From IMG/VR virus record IMGVR_UViG_3300047564_003843, positions 64,001-128,000 of that record: a DNA stretch of 64,000 nucleotides. One strand, given 5' to 3'. Origin of the DNA: a virus. Below, in pieces: positions 53,807 through 64,000 of this stretch. Positions within the stretch are counted from its first letter, which is position 1, and the number at the start of each line of letters is the position of its first letter. The notes below the pieces were generated by a model that was not told the DNA's origin, did not search any database, and was given only the letters and a program-made list of their open reading frames with translations. Made by a program: the position numbers and the translations under genes.

Positions 53807-55625
53807 ACTTTTGACCCCAATTCTGTAATGGTCCATCAACATCTGCTGTAAGTGGTACTGACCAACCTTCTCGAGTAGTCATGCATTCTTTTACTAGTTG
53901 TTTAATTTCCTCGGCTTCGCCCTTAGGAGCTTGAAGAACAATTTCATCGTGTACAGGAACAATCAAATAGTCAGTCAAATCTGCTTGGTCTAACTTTAAA
54001 AGATTTGATTTAAATACTTCAGCTGCTCCACCTTGAATTAGATAGTTTACAAGTGTGTATGTACGGTCATCGTCACAGGGGATACGACGACCAGTCCACG
54101 TGTGAACATAGCCCTGACCTTCTTCACGGAAACGACGTTGTCCTATGTTGTCTATTTGTTTTTGAAAAGACGCCATACCTGGATAATTAATGTCAAAAGA
54201 ATCTGAAACAGCACGCATCTGCGGCTCTGGGACGCCAGCAGTTAGTGCTTGTTTAGAAACTCCTGCGCCGTAGAGACGACCATAAACAACACCCTTAATA
54301 AGATTACGACGCTTGTCCGACTTTTGCATAGTTGGGTCTTGATAAACCTGACGACCAATTTCGGTGAACGGGTCTGAGCCAGTTGCATCTGCCATGTTAA
54401 ACAGGTTGATGAGATTCTCATCCCCTGAGAGCGATGCAAACATACGGAACTCAACCTGATCTAGGTCGGAAGTGATGATTACATGGTCTGGGTCTTTAGG
54501 TATAAATGCTCGACGGACAGTCGCATCTCCCTTTGGAAGAGTTTGTAGAGCTGGGTCAGTAATAGACATACGAGATGTTCTAGCCGCTACAGTTTTAATT
54601 GAGGGATGTAGAACTCCATCTATATTCATATTGATAAAGTTTAAAAAGTAAGTGCTAGCAAGTTTTTCAGCTTTTCTAACTTGAAGAACTATCTCTGCTA
54701 ACTCTTTTACCTCTTCGTTACCTTCAATTACTAGTTTATCTAGCTGATCTTTTGCAGCAGACTTTTGACCAGAAGCAGTGAACTCTGTTATCTCTGCTCC
54801 CAAATCTTCAAGCATTCTTACTAGTTGCTGATTGCTAGTTATAGAACCACCAAATTTGTTAAACGCCCAAAGTTTTGTTTTTTCTGTGTAATCAAGAAGT
54901 TCGTCATATTTCTTTTTAGAATAGTCAACATCAACAGTTGCTCCATTGATTTCCATTCTGGTGACTACCTTGCGAGCACCCATCTCCAATTCATATGCGC
55001 GACTATATGGACCGTTTGGCCCACACTTCTCCCAAAACATTTCCCAAAGACGCATTGTTAGAACAGTATCGAGTGCTCCATAAGACCAGAATGGTTCAAA
55101 TGAAATAGGAACTGTTCCCCAAGTCCACCCATTTGCAGCAAGCTCTTCATCAAGTTTGCTTTGTAGATGTGCAGCGTAAGGGTCGATGTGCTGAGCGGAA
55201 AGTTCTTTCAATGCTCCTGACCCAAGTGGATCAACAATGTGAGCCATAATCATCGTGTCATGTGCACGGTCCCAAGGAATACGCCACTTAGATTTAATCT
55301 CAAACCAACGAGCTTCAAACGCAATGTTGTGACAGACAATTGGACCGTCAAAACGATTCATTGCTTCGTAGAAGACGCCGTTCCACTCTTCCCACGGTAT
55401 AGACCAACCAGTCATACCGTCGCCCACTTGGACTAATCGAAGTTGACCATGCCAAGGAGATAATGCATCTTTGCGTTGCCCACCTGGAAGTTCTCCAGTT
55501 TCAGTATCAATTGCTATGGCATTGTAAGGACGTCGTTCACCAAGCCAATGTAGGAACTCTTGCGCTTTTTCTACAGAGTCAACTAGTTTTAATTGAACTC
55601 CTGTTAAATCTCGTCTCTCAGTCAC
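53799..55625 (-). CDS. polA: Family A DNA polymerase (3'-5' exonuclease + polymerase)
   Basis: IDTET, HNIAF, DLDQVEFR (motif A), KGVVYGRLYG (motif B), VHDE (motif C). Confidence 0.95.
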   Translation of the reverse strand: MTERRDLTGVQLKLVDSVEKAQEFLHWLGERRPYNAIAIDTETGELPGGQRKDALSPWHGQLRLVQVGDGMTGWSIPWEEWNGVFYEAMNRFDGPIVCHNIAFEARWFEIKSKWRIPWDRAHDTMIMAHIVDPLGSGALKELSAQHIDPYAAHLQSKLDEELAANGWTWGTVPISFEPFWSYGALDTVLTMRLWEMFWEKCGPNGPYSRAYELEMGARKVVTRMEINGATVDVDYSKKKYDELLDYTEKTKLWAFNKFGGSITSNQQLVRMLEDLGAEITEFTASGQKSAAKDQLDKLVIEGNEEVKELAEIVLQVRKAEKLASTYFLNFINMNIDGVLHPSIKTVAARTSRMSITDPALQTLPKGDATVRRAFIPKDPDHVIITSDLDQVEFRMFASLSGDENLINLFNMADATGSDPFTEIGRQVYQDPTMQKSDKRRNLIKGVVYGRLYGAGVSKQALTAGVPEPQMRAVSDSFDINYPGMASFQKQIDNIGQRRFREEGQGYVHTWTGRRIPCDDDRTYTLVNYLIQGGAAEVFKSNLLKLDQADLTDYLIVPVHDEIVLQAPKGEAEEIKQLVKECMTTREGWSVPLTADVDGPLQNWGQKYE

Positions 55626-55639
55626 TTACAATCTCTCTT

Positions 55640-56110
55640 CTAGGGAATCATCTCTATTCTGTAGATTGATTCTATCTTTTCATCATACTTGGCTGCTTGT
55701 TCAAGTAGTCTTTGGGCTACATGAGTTAGATATCTTGCCCCACCAGCATCATATTTGTAAAGGGCATCTAAAACAGGTTCAGGCTCTTCCGAAACCTGAG
55801 CCCATGTTCTATCTTTTTCAGGGAAAATTACAGGAAGGTTTTTGCTTGGATAACACTCTTCACAAGGTAAAGAGTCTACTTTTAACTCGTCAGAGCCAGC
55901 TTCAACAAGTCCATAGCGCTTCACTAGTGGACAAGCTGCTCCATGAAAAACTAATGAAACACCGACTCGAGAAAGAATATATGAACCATTATCTGTTTTG
56001 TAAAGCTTAAACTCAATCCATCGGGTTGACCCGCGGCGCCAAGAAGATGATTCACCTAAAAGGCGTCCGCTAAATTGGAGGGTACGAGAACCGTCCTTAA
56101 CTTCATACAT
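55640..56110 (-). CDS. Hypothetical protein (H..C...CxxC)
   Basis: 156-aa ORF coupled by TAATG. Confidence 0.7.
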   Translation of the reverse strand: MYEVKDGSRTLQFSGRLLGESSSWRRGSTRWIEFKLYKTDNGSYILSRVGVSLVFHGAACPLVKRYGLVEAGSDELKVDSLPCEECYPSKNLPVIFPEKDRTWAQVSEEPEPVLDALYKYDAGGARYLTHVAQRLLEQAAKYDEKIESIYRIEMIP

Positions 56111-56583
56111 TAGGGTTGTGTCTCCTCTGGTGTAGTCTCGTTCGGGATTGCTTCTCCTGTTTCTGGGTCATGAGTGTGGTCTTGAGTCTCATGTGTTTCA
56201 GCTTCTGCTGCTAACTCTGCTTCTAATTTAGCATTAATAGCTGCCATATATCTCTCTTCATAATCCTTGTTATATATGTATTGCCACCACACTTCAATTT
56301 CATTTTGAGCCCAAACAACCTCTGCCCAACCTTTTACAGGCCATGGCTCTTGATGTTGAAAATCGTCCATAGCAATGATGGTCATTAAATCTAGTTTTTC
56401 ATCTACGTATTTAAGTACGTTTTGCATATGTTCATATATTAACTCTGCAGTAATCTCTTTTACATCTTCTTCGTTTCCAAGATTTATCAGAGTATGAGAG
56501 TCTTCTCCGTTAGAAGCAGTAAATTTTTTGCAAATGTATGGACGTTTTTCGGCTCCATAAAAATTAGCAATATATTCTATCAT
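56110..56583 (-). CDS. Hypothetical protein downstream of the tail fibre
   Basis: 157-aa acidic ORF with an ATGA overlap with the fibre gene. Confidence 0.65.
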   Translation of the reverse strand: MIEYIANFYGAEKRPYICKKFTASNGEDSHTLINLGNEEDVKEITAELIYEHMQNVLKYVDEKLDLMTIIAMDDFQHQEPWPVKGWAEVVWAQNEIEVWWQYIYNKDYEERYMAAINAKLEAELAAEAETHETQDHTHDPETGEAIPNETTPEETQP

Positions 56584-58151
56584 TTTGCATCCTTTAGTCG
56601 TTGTACTTCTTCTTTTAGGAAGTCTATCTCATCTTGTTGAGATTTAAGGAGTTCTACAACTAGTGTCGAAAGAAGTCCGTAATTTAAACCAATCGGCTCT
56701 TGATTTTCATTATAAACAACTATTTCTTCAATACCTAAATCTTGAACTTCTTCAGCAATGTAGCCATGCATCCACTCTCTATTTAGATCATCTTGAAATT
56801 GTCTAGCTGGAGCAGCTTCTCTGTATTTGTATTTTTTAAGTTTTAGTTCGAGAATTTTTTTTGGATCAATCTCGTAATCTGATATATCTTTTTTAAATTT
56901 TCTGCTAGATGTGACAACAGAACCAACTGTTCCTTGAACAGTAAGCCCGTGTTGGTGGCTACCATCTCGGCCTAAGTGGGAGTGGCCTGAGAGAGCACCA
57001 GGATTTGTTATCAGACTTTGACCAAAAAATTGGTGCGTGTGAGCAGGTACCGAACCGCCTGAATGCGAATGGTTTCCAAGAGCTACTTGATTAGAACCAG
57101 TACCAGTTGGAATACGGCTAATGCTTAAAGTTCCAGAGTCAATCTTACTTGCTGAAATTCCTGGAATTCGAGCATCAGCAAAAACACCAGAGTTAATTTT
57201 TGCTGCTTCTAAGCTAGGAATTAATGTAGTAGCAAATGTTCCACTTGTTATTTTTGCTGCAGTTAAGCTAGGAATTCGAGCATCAGCAAATGTTCCACTT
57301 GTTATTTTTCCTGCATCTAAGCTAGGAATTCTTGCAGTATCAAATGTCCCACTTGTTATTCTTGATGCAGTAAGACCAGCAGTGGCTATATGACGATTTT
57401 CAACAGCTCCACTAAGTATTGCATCTCCATCAACAGCGTTAGTTCCAAGCTCTGCCTGTCCAACAGCATTTAGTGCAATTTCATCTGCATCTACACCGTT
57501 TGTAGCAATTTCGGAAGTACCAACCGCATTTAATCTAATTTCTGCAGAGTCTACGGAGTCATTACCCATTTCTGAAAGGTTGACGGCATCAACATCAATT
57601 TCATCTGCCTTAACAGCACCAATTGCAATCTCGTCGGAGCCCACGGCGTTAGTTCTAATTTCTGCGGCATCTACGGAGTTGTCTCCCATTTCTGAAAGAC
57701 CAACAGCATCAATATCGATTTCATCTGCTTTAACAGCACCTAATGCAATTTCCTCAGAACCCACTGCGTTAAGACGAATCTCTGCAGCATCAACAGAGTT
57801 ATCGTCCATTTCTGTTAAACCAATAGCATTGACATTAACATTCTCATTGTAGACAGCGTCAATACCAAGTTCGCTAGTTCCAACAGCGTTCTCTCGAATC
57901 TCTGAAGAATCAACAGAGTTCTCACCCATCTCTCGAATGCCGATAGCTCCTTCTTCAACATTGAGAGCTGTTACAGCAGAAAGTGCAAGTTGGTCTGCAG
58001 CAACCGAGCGAGGCTGTAAGTTATTCCCTTTAACAGAGTAATTACCTAATCTAGAAGGAGAAGGTCTTCCTTCTAAATACTTAAGTCTTTTTTGGACATC
58101 AGATAACGAGCCAGTAAGACTTCTGCTACGCGTTCTTCTTCTAGAAGCCAT
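56580..58151 (-). CDS. Tail fibre with repeat shaft and C-terminal S74 intramolecular chaperone
   Basis: 10-aa N(A/S)VxxxE(I/M) repeats, 15-aa RIPSLxAxKITSGxF repeats, SSRKFKKDI..GYIAEEV..LNY and a coiled coil. Confidence 0.85.
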   Translation of the reverse strand: MASRRRTRSRSLTGSLSDVQKRLKYLEGRPSPSRLGNYSVKGNNLQPRSVAADQLALSAVTALNVEEGAIGIREMGENSVDSSEIRENAVGTSELGIDAVYNENVNVNAIGLTEMDDNSVDAAEIRLNAVGSEEIALGAVKADEIDIDAVGLSEMGDNSVDAAEIRTNAVGSDEIAIGAVKADEIDVDAVNLSEMGNDSVDSAEIRLNAVGTSEIATNGVDADEIALNAVGQAELGTNAVDGDAILSGAVENRHIATAGLTASRITSGTFDTARIPSLDAGKITSGTFADARIPSLTAAKITSGTFATTLIPSLEAAKINSGVFADARIPGISASKIDSGTLSISRIPTGTGSNQVALGNHSHSGGSVPAHTHQFFGQSLITNPGALSGHSHLGRDGSHQHGLTVQGTVGSVVTSSRKFKKDISDYEIDPKKILELKLKKYKYREAAPARQFQDDLNREWMHGYIAEEVQDLGIEEIVVYNENQEPIGLNYGLLSTLVVELLKSQQDEIDFLKEEVQRLKDAK

Positions 58152-60156
58152 TTTCTTCCTTAAACTCTCTCTTCTTGTCTACTTTCCAATCAGGTATCAA
58201 CACTAAATCTACCGTTTCTGGGAAGGTAGGACTGTCAGGAACGGAGACTTTAAAAGACTCTATTTTTCTCACAAGAACGTCATCTCGCGGCTCTTGGTCA
58301 TCACCCATGCGTTGACGTATAAATTCGTCATCAATAATGATTGTGCAGTAATCGCCTGGAACATATGAACCAATTACTGGTGAAAGAGAGCCGTTAACTT
58401 GAATGTTGTATGTACCGATAGGGGGTAGAGCTTCATACAAATATTCTTGAGCGTAGTTCCATAAAGCGTCTTCGTTCTCAATCTCATCTATTTGCTCTAC
58501 TTGGTCAAGAAGTGGCCAACTTCGACCGCTCTCAGCGGAAAGATATGAACGATTTGCTGCACCAGCATATGGTTGACTGGCGTCATCAGTCATATCTTCA
58601 ATACGACCTACAACAAAGAATCGAGTTGCAGCTTCTTCAGCCGATTCATCAACTGTAAAAGTAAGAATGTTGCCAGGATACTCAAAGACTCTTTGGTCTG
58701 CTCCAAGCTCCTCGGGCTCATAGTACGACCCATTTGCAGGTAGAAAATCTGGTTGACTTGGGAAGGTAACAAACGTTCTTGTAAAACTCGCTGTGTCGTA
58801 GTCATAATCACATTCAATACGATAATCAAATGGACCATTTACAGAGTTTGAATAGTCTTCAAGAATTTCTCCAACAGTTTTGTTTTGATAGCCTCTAAAA
58901 ATTCTTGTGTCTCTATAAACTCCACTTTTATTGGTATCAGAAAGAGAAATACCAATATCTGAGTTTGATAGATAGCTTCCAAAGTCTCCGTATGTAACTT
59001 TACTTCCCATGGTAACGGTTCCACCAGATACAGGTCTAGAATCGTTAAGTATTCCACCAGTTACATATTGAATTATATTTGCAGACGGAACGTTACTAAT
59101 AACGTGTCTTCCATTATATGTAGAGTCTAGAGTTCCAGAGAAAAAGCTGTCTACACCAGTAACAACAAAAGAAGAGCCAACAGACAACCCGTGGGGCCTG
59201 TCCAGTGTAAGTTCAGCAACACCATTTTGTGTTTTTCTAAAAGTTACGTTAAATGTTTGCAGACCGTTTACTACAGCCGATGGCACATCTGGACCATTTA
59301 AATCAAATCTAAAAGTTGTTCTAGAAGGAACTTCGGTAACAAAATGAGTTCCGTCTAAGCCAGATCCCACCTCATACAAAGTAATTTCTTGACCAATAAT
59401 TATGTCGTGCTCGGTGGCTGTAGTTATAGTTACTACGTTTGCAGAGCGTTCTTTTTTAATAACAGGTACGTCATAGTCTTTTGATGGTCTAATTGCTTCA
59501 TTAGCAAAATTAACCCCACCTAAATCTGTGTTAATTCTATATACCAAATCGCGAGCAACATCATATGTATCTGCAAGTAGTCTGCACGCCCCCGAGGTGC
59601 TGCTTCCAGAGGTGTTCGCCGAGTTTGTCGAGTAGGTAAATTGATTTGCGGCTGGAATAGAGATTATTTGATAGTCACCGTCCACCGCTGGGTTTACTGT
59701 AGTAATTTTTACAAACTGACCTTCAATAAATCCATGAGCCGCATCTGTTGTGATTGTTGCAGTTCCATTAGAAATTGAATACGCAGAAACTCCAACATAT
59801 TCAGAACCATAAATAATAGTTTGCCAAATATTTCTATGATAAAGATAACTTACAAACTCTGATGCATCTACAGAAAGCTCTTTTGTGGCTACGCTGTATT
59901 GACGCGCCCAAATTATCCCTCCCCAAACGCAAGTGCCATTTCGAATTATGTACAAACCAGTTCTTCCTGGCATTGTAGACTCATAAAGATTTAAAGCTTT
60001 TGTAGTCTCGATGAAAGGTATAGTTCCAGAAAAGCCACCAGCTTTTTTATTAGCTCTTTCATAAGAAACGCTTTTAAAAGGCACCTCTGATATAACAGTG
60101 TTGCTTAGCAAATCTGTTAGGTAATATCGATATTCAACATTAGTCTGTAGTGTCAT
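58141..60156 (-). CDS. Minor tail protein (siphovirus Tal/hub-like) with inserted beta repeats
   Basis: Follows Dit; VWGGIIWAR, FEYPGNI and inserted TxxxHGF repeats. Confidence 0.7.
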   Translation of the reverse strand: MTLQTNVEYRYYLTDLLSNTVISEVPFKSVSYERANKKAGGFSGTIPFIETTKALNLYESTMPGRTGLYIIRNGTCVWGGIIWARQYSVATKELSVDASEFVSYLYHRNIWQTIIYGSEYVGVSAYSISNGTATITTDAAHGFIEGQFVKITTVNPAVDGDYQIISIPAANQFTYSTNSANTSGSSTSGACRLLADTYDVARDLVYRINTDLGGVNFANEAIRPSKDYDVPVIKKERSANVVTITTATEHDIIIGQEITLYEVGSGLDGTHFVTEVPSRTTFRFDLNGPDVPSAVVNGLQTFNVTFRKTQNGVAELTLDRPHGLSVGSSFVVTGVDSFFSGTLDSTYNGRHVISNVPSANIIQYVTGGILNDSRPVSGGTVTMGSKVTYGDFGSYLSNSDIGISLSDTNKSGVYRDTRIFRGYQNKTVGEILEDYSNSVNGPFDYRIECDYDYDTASFTRTFVTFPSQPDFLPANGSYYEPEELGADQRVFEYPGNILTFTVDESAEEAATRFFVVGRIEDMTDDASQPYAGAANRSYLSAESGRSWPLLDQVEQIDEIENEDALWNYAQEYLYEALPPIGTYNIQVNGSLSPVIGSYVPGDYCTIIIDDEFIRQRMGDDQEPRDDVLVRKIESFKVSVPDSPTFPETVDLVLIPDWKVDKKREFKEENGF

Positions 60157-60171
60157 TTTTATTTTGTCCTT

Positions 60172-62499
60172 TTATCCAAGCCATCCAGAGCGGTAGTAGA
60201 TTCTTAAGCTTGCCCCACCCTTTGGGTTTCCAGCATCCTCAAACTCTATCTGATTATTGCCAGGAGCAATTTCAATAAAATCAGCAAGAACATCAACTCT
60301 TCCTCGAGCACCATCAACTTCTCCGTTAAAAGCAACTTCTCTATTTTTTGTATCAATTTCTAAAATATCTGCAGATAGGACAGCAGTAGCATTTGAAATA
60401 CCTGGAGTAAAGATGACATCGTTCTTTTTAATAGCTTTTCCAGACGCCTGAGTTGCTGCTACTGTTCCAGAGACACTAGCAGTTCCTGAAGACCCAGTGA
60501 AAGGAAGACTTCCTGAAACAGTTGCTGTTCCACTAGGAGTTACTGTGGTCACGTTTTCAATACCTAAAAGCTCAAGAAAAACTGTTGTCACATTTGTACT
60601 TGGAATATCTGTACCAGAGATTACTACCGTAAAAGAGTTTGCAGTAAGAATAGAAGCAACTTGCCTTGCATCTGTTCCGAACGGGGTTGTTCCAGAGAAA
60701 CGAACCTCTGCCCCAGTAAATAACCCATGAGAGCTATTTGTAACTACAGTTACTATATTTCCAGTCCTTGAGTAAGAACTTACTTTTCTAGTTGCAACCT
60801 CGACAAAACCTGCAGATACCACTGTAGGAATTAAATTAGTAACGGTTTTTGAGTATGAGAAAGTGGTTGTACTAGGTATGGCTGTAATTACAAAAGTTCC
60901 ATCATAGGTAGGGTCTACCCCAGAAACCGTGACTCTTTCACCAATTATAAAATTATGTGGAGTTGTTGTTGTCAATATAACTGTATTAGAAGACGCCGAA
61001 CGAGTTGCAATAGACCGTTCGTTTGCAGATGCTCTTTTATATGTAAAGCTGGTAGAAGTTGGTGTATCTAAAACTGTGTAATTCCCGTTAAAGTGAGAGT
61101 CTACGTTTGAAATAGCCACTGACTCTCCTACAATAAAACCGTGAGCAGAGTTAGTAACTAAGCTTGCAATATTAGAAGTGAGCTGTTTGCTTACAATCTC
61201 TTTTGCATTTGTACGAGTTGCAGCATAGCTAAAAGTATTGCTAGTTACAGCAGTAATTCCATATGAACCGTCAAAAGGAATTCCAGCACCAGCCACGGTG
61301 GCTGTATCTCCAATAATAAATTGATGTACGTCAGAAGTTGTTATTGTTGCAATGTTAGATACAACAACTTTTCCTGTTATAGCTCTTGGCGGTACTCGAG
61401 TCTTTTGGTATGTAAAACTATTAGCATTTGGAGTTCCTGTAACTGTATATACCCCGTCAAAAAGACTATCTACTCCAGCTATTGTTACTGAATCGCCAGA
61501 CCCAAAACCGTGAGGAGTTGTTGTCTCAAGTCGAGCAACAGTATTTAAAAGAGACTTAGAAACAATTTCACGCACTTCTGCAGACTGTGTTTCAAAAGTA
61601 AAAGTTGTGTCTGTAGGAACAGTTAATATCGACTGCTCTCCATCAAACGGAAATCCAACATTAGAGATATAGATACTGTCTCCAACTTTAAAATCATGCT
61701 TAGTTGTAGTTGTCAACGTAGCAATGTCCTTTAATTGAGTTGTATCAAAAACAAGCTGTTTATTTACAATAGACCTTGTAATGCTGCCTTTAAGAGACTG
61801 AGTTATTAAAAGAAGCTTATCTGTTGTTCTGTTATAAATTGTAGCTGGAGAGGTTAAAGGTCCACTAATTTCTAAAATACAAGGAACAGGGTAATTTCCA
61901 ATATTGACTACTGAACCTGTTCCGTCATAGCCAGTTTCAATGTTACTTACAGGAACTTCTACAACGCTGTAGCCGTCTGGGCTAGCATCGTTCCAAGAAT
62001 ATTTAATTGGGTCTGCAGCGCGAAGACCGATTTCAAAGTTTGTTCTGCCACGAGCATTATCAGTGTTTATTTGAACATCCCCACTTAGACGAACAAAAGA
62101 CGCTCTAATTGGGTCGTTACCAGTCTTTAGCCATGTTCCCTTATAAACCAAGTCGCAAGCGGCTACTAATCTATCTCGAGCTGTTTCCACCTGAGCAGGG
62201 TTTTGAACAAGGAAAGTTCCCTTTAAAACAAGACTTCTTGCAGCATATCGTCCTTGAACATCGTAAGAACCGTCACCAAATCCCCGAGCAATATCTGGCA
62301 TTTCTGCTGGTGGCATAGACCACCAACCTTCAATATCTGTGACAACCCAAACAACACCAAATTCATCAATAGTGTTAAAAATAAAATCTCCAAGAATAAT
62401 ATTTGCTTGAAGTTTTAGTTTTTCTATTTCATTTGGTTGTAGGGGTGTAAGACCTCTATTAACGTAATAATTTTCCTGAGCTTGATTGTAAGAAGTCAT
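60172..62499 (-). CDS. Distal tail protein (Dit) with ~6 inserted TTxxxH(G/N)F beta modules
   Basis: Follows the tape measure; IEGWW, AADPIKY, NIGNYPV..I.GP and C-terminal PGNNQI..YRSGW. Confidence 0.75.
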   Translation of the reverse strand: MTSYNQAQENYYVNRGLTPLQPNEIEKLKLQANIILGDFIFNTIDEFGVVWVVTDIEGWWSMPPAEMPDIARGFGDGSYDVQGRYAARSLVLKGTFLVQNPAQVETARDRLVAACDLVYKGTWLKTGNDPIRASFVRLSGDVQINTDNARGRTNFEIGLRAADPIKYSWNDASPDGYSVVEVPVSNIETGYDGTGSVVNIGNYPVPCILEISGPLTSPATIYNRTTDKLLLITQSLKGSITRSIVNKQLVFDTTQLKDIATLTTTTKHDFKVGDSIYISNVGFPFDGEQSILTVPTDTTFTFETQSAEVREIVSKSLLNTVARLETTTPHGFGSGDSVTIAGVDSLFDGVYTVTGTPNANSFTYQKTRVPPRAITGKVVVSNIATITTSDVHQFIIGDTATVAGAGIPFDGSYGITAVTSNTFSYAATRTNAKEIVSKQLTSNIASLVTNSAHGFIVGESVAISNVDSHFNGNYTVLDTPTSTSFTYKRASANERSIATRSASSNTVILTTTTPHNFIIGERVTVSGVDPTYDGTFVITAIPSTTTFSYSKTVTNLIPTVVSAGFVEVATRKVSSYSRTGNIVTVVTNSSHGLFTGAEVRFSGTTPFGTDARQVASILTANSFTVVISGTDIPSTNVTTVFLELLGIENVTTVTPSGTATVSGSLPFTGSSGTASVSGTVAATQASGKAIKKNDVIFTPGISNATAVLSADILEIDTKNREVAFNGEVDGARGRVDVLADFIEIAPGNNQIEFEDAGNPKGGASLRIYYRSGWLG

Positions 62500-62500
62500 T

Positions 62501-64000
62501 TTATGCAGCTCCTCGTCTCATTTGATAAGCAAGCTGACGTGATACAAGGTTTGCAAGCTCACGCTCATCCATACCAGCTGAAGGGTAAACATTTACTGTT
62601 ATGCCTCTACCAGAACCACCTGCCATGTAATCAATCATGGCTTTATCACGCTTTGATAACCCGTCTGGGTCCAAAGGTTCAACGCGCTCTGCTCTTCCAC
62701 CTTCACCAATAAGGCTGAGCATTCCACCTCTTGTTGGTGGAACAATTCCACCCATAGCAAGTCTAGGTAGGCCAATCTCAAAACTTGGAAGTTTCTTTCC
62801 AAATACTTCAAAGCCACCAATTTTTAATCTCTTTGAAGCTACATTGCTGTTCCACCAGTTTTTAGCTAACTCCCAAGCGCCTTGTAGCCCACTAGATATA
62901 AAACTCCAAATACCCTTAAGGTTGTTTGTAAATCTTTGTGGGATTCCCTTCACCCAACCAAGGACTTCTTCCATCTTAGTTTTTACAGCTTGATACGCTG
63001 TACCAAGACCATCAGAGACAAATCCCCAAATCTTTCCAGCACCATCAATAAATCTCTTAGGTAATCCTGTTAACCATGGAACTAAAGTATTTGTAAAGTA
63101 TGTAGTTACTGCATTCCAAGCATCTTTAATCTTGTCTGATAAAAAGTTCCAAACTTTTCCTGCAAGCTCAAAAACTTTTTTAGGTAAGAATGTATACCAA
63201 TCCCAAACAGTCTTAAACCAAGAAAGAAGAGTGTTCCATGAAGTGACAGCAGCATCCTTGAGGAAGTTCCAAACTTTGCCCGCTAACTCCATAACTTTTC
63301 CAGGAAGTGCAGTAAACCAAGGGAAGACAGTTTCAGTAAAGAATTTAGTGATTTCAGGCCAAAACTTGATAATTAAACTTGGAATAGGGAATAAGATAAA
63401 TGCCAAAACTTCAAGGACTTTTTTACCAAAGTCCACAATTCCTGGGATTAAAGTTTCAGTAAAGAAAGTCTTAACCTTTGTCCAAATTTCTGGAACCTTT
63501 TCACTAACTGCACCCCATACCTTTGAGAATATTTCTCCAATTTTTTTAGGAAGTTCTTTAAAGAAGGCAACAATCTTGTCCCAGTTTTCGATAATAAGAG
63601 GAAGAACTAGAAGAAGAATTCCAATAGGACCGCCAATTAAAGCAAGACCTCTACCAGCAGTGCGAGCAGCAGCTCCCAAACCTCTTAAAACGCCAGTCTT
63701 TACCTTTGCAGCACCAGTGCTTTTCTGCATTCCAGCCCTTGCTGCAGCAGAAGAAGTTGAAACTTTACGAAGACTTATAGCAGCTTGATCTGCAGATAGA
63801 TAAACGCCCCTCATCGCTGCTTTCTTTTGCTTATCTACAATCATCTGTTTTTGTAGTTCTTTTCTGGTTAAACCAGAACCAGTACGGAATTTACCAAATG
63901 GGTCACGTATAAATTTAAGTAGTCCACTAAAAGTATTTTTAACTTTTAGAATCGAACCAATAATTCCTAGAAATACAAATCTTGCACCCTTACCTACAAG
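62501..64000 (-). CDS. Tape measure protein, C-terminal part (5'-truncated)
   Basis: Frame is open to the window end. Periodic Trp/Phe amphipathic repeats and a LPRLAMGGIV..GEGG..E.V.PL C-terminal motif. Confidence 0.85.
   Translation of the reverse strand, partial: LVGKGARFVFLGIIGSILKVKNTFSGLLKFIRDPFGKFRTGSGLTRKELQKQMIVDKQKKAAMRGVYLSADQAAISLRKVSTSSAAARAGMQKSTGAAKVKTGVLRGLGAAARTAGRGLALIGGPIGILLLVLPLIIENWDKIVAFFKELPKKIGEIFSKVWGAVSEKVPEIWTKVKTFFTETLIPGIVDFGKKVLEVLAFILFPIPSLIIKFWPEITKFFTETVFPWFTALPGKVMELAGKVWNFLKDAAVTSWNTLLSWFKTVWDWYTFLPKKVFELAGKVWNFLSDKIKDAWNAVTTYFTNTLVPWLTGLPKRFIDGAGKIWGFVSDGLGTAYQAVKTKMEEVLGWVKGIPQRFTNNLKGIWSFISSGLQGAWELAKNWWNSNVASKRLKIGGFEVFGKKLPSFEIGLPRLAMGGIVPPTRGGMLSLIGEGGRAERVEPLDPDGLSKRDKAMIDYMAGGSGRGITVNVYPSAGMDERELANLVSRQLAYQMRRGAA

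Overview
This window is a 64-kb internal segment of a large tailed dsDNA phage. The Dit/tape-measure genes point to a siphovirus-type tail, and the host is most likely an actinobacterium (two WhiB genes, leaderless promoters, thyX, and GC in the low 40s % by eye, compatible with freshwater lineages). From left to right: (1) holin-like gene, CHAP endolysin and SNase nuclease; (2) an accessory islet in which a 25-bp repeat (3 copies) ends exactly on a start codon, with three tiny Cys/His proteins missing from the ORF track; (3) adenine MTase, thyX and a small serine recombinase; (4) a 1281-aa exported PA14/FN3/EEPPA-stalk protein with a 2-TM partner; (5) TerL, primase-helicase and a metallophosphoesterase; (6) a ~29-kb + strand cluster of GPT/GAT collagen fibres, adhesin-like proteins (ALK/LTK-like Gly-rich domains, a cupredoxin-like tip, a CBM, Asp-box repeats), a subtilase, a methyltransferase, a GT2-TPR glycosyltransferase and a flavin halogenase; (7) a - strand block with 2x WhiB, SSB, Sak4-like ATPase, PD-(D/E)XK nuclease, SNF2 helicase, RuvC and PolA; (8) tail fibre, minor tail, Dit and a partial tape measure. 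The best candidate for an undescribed system is a modular, probably glycosylated collagen fibre coat analogous to the BclA spore nap, with repeated docking modules. I saw no tRNA, rRNA, CRISPR array or reverse transcriptase. All family calls come from motif recognition by eye; no searches were run.
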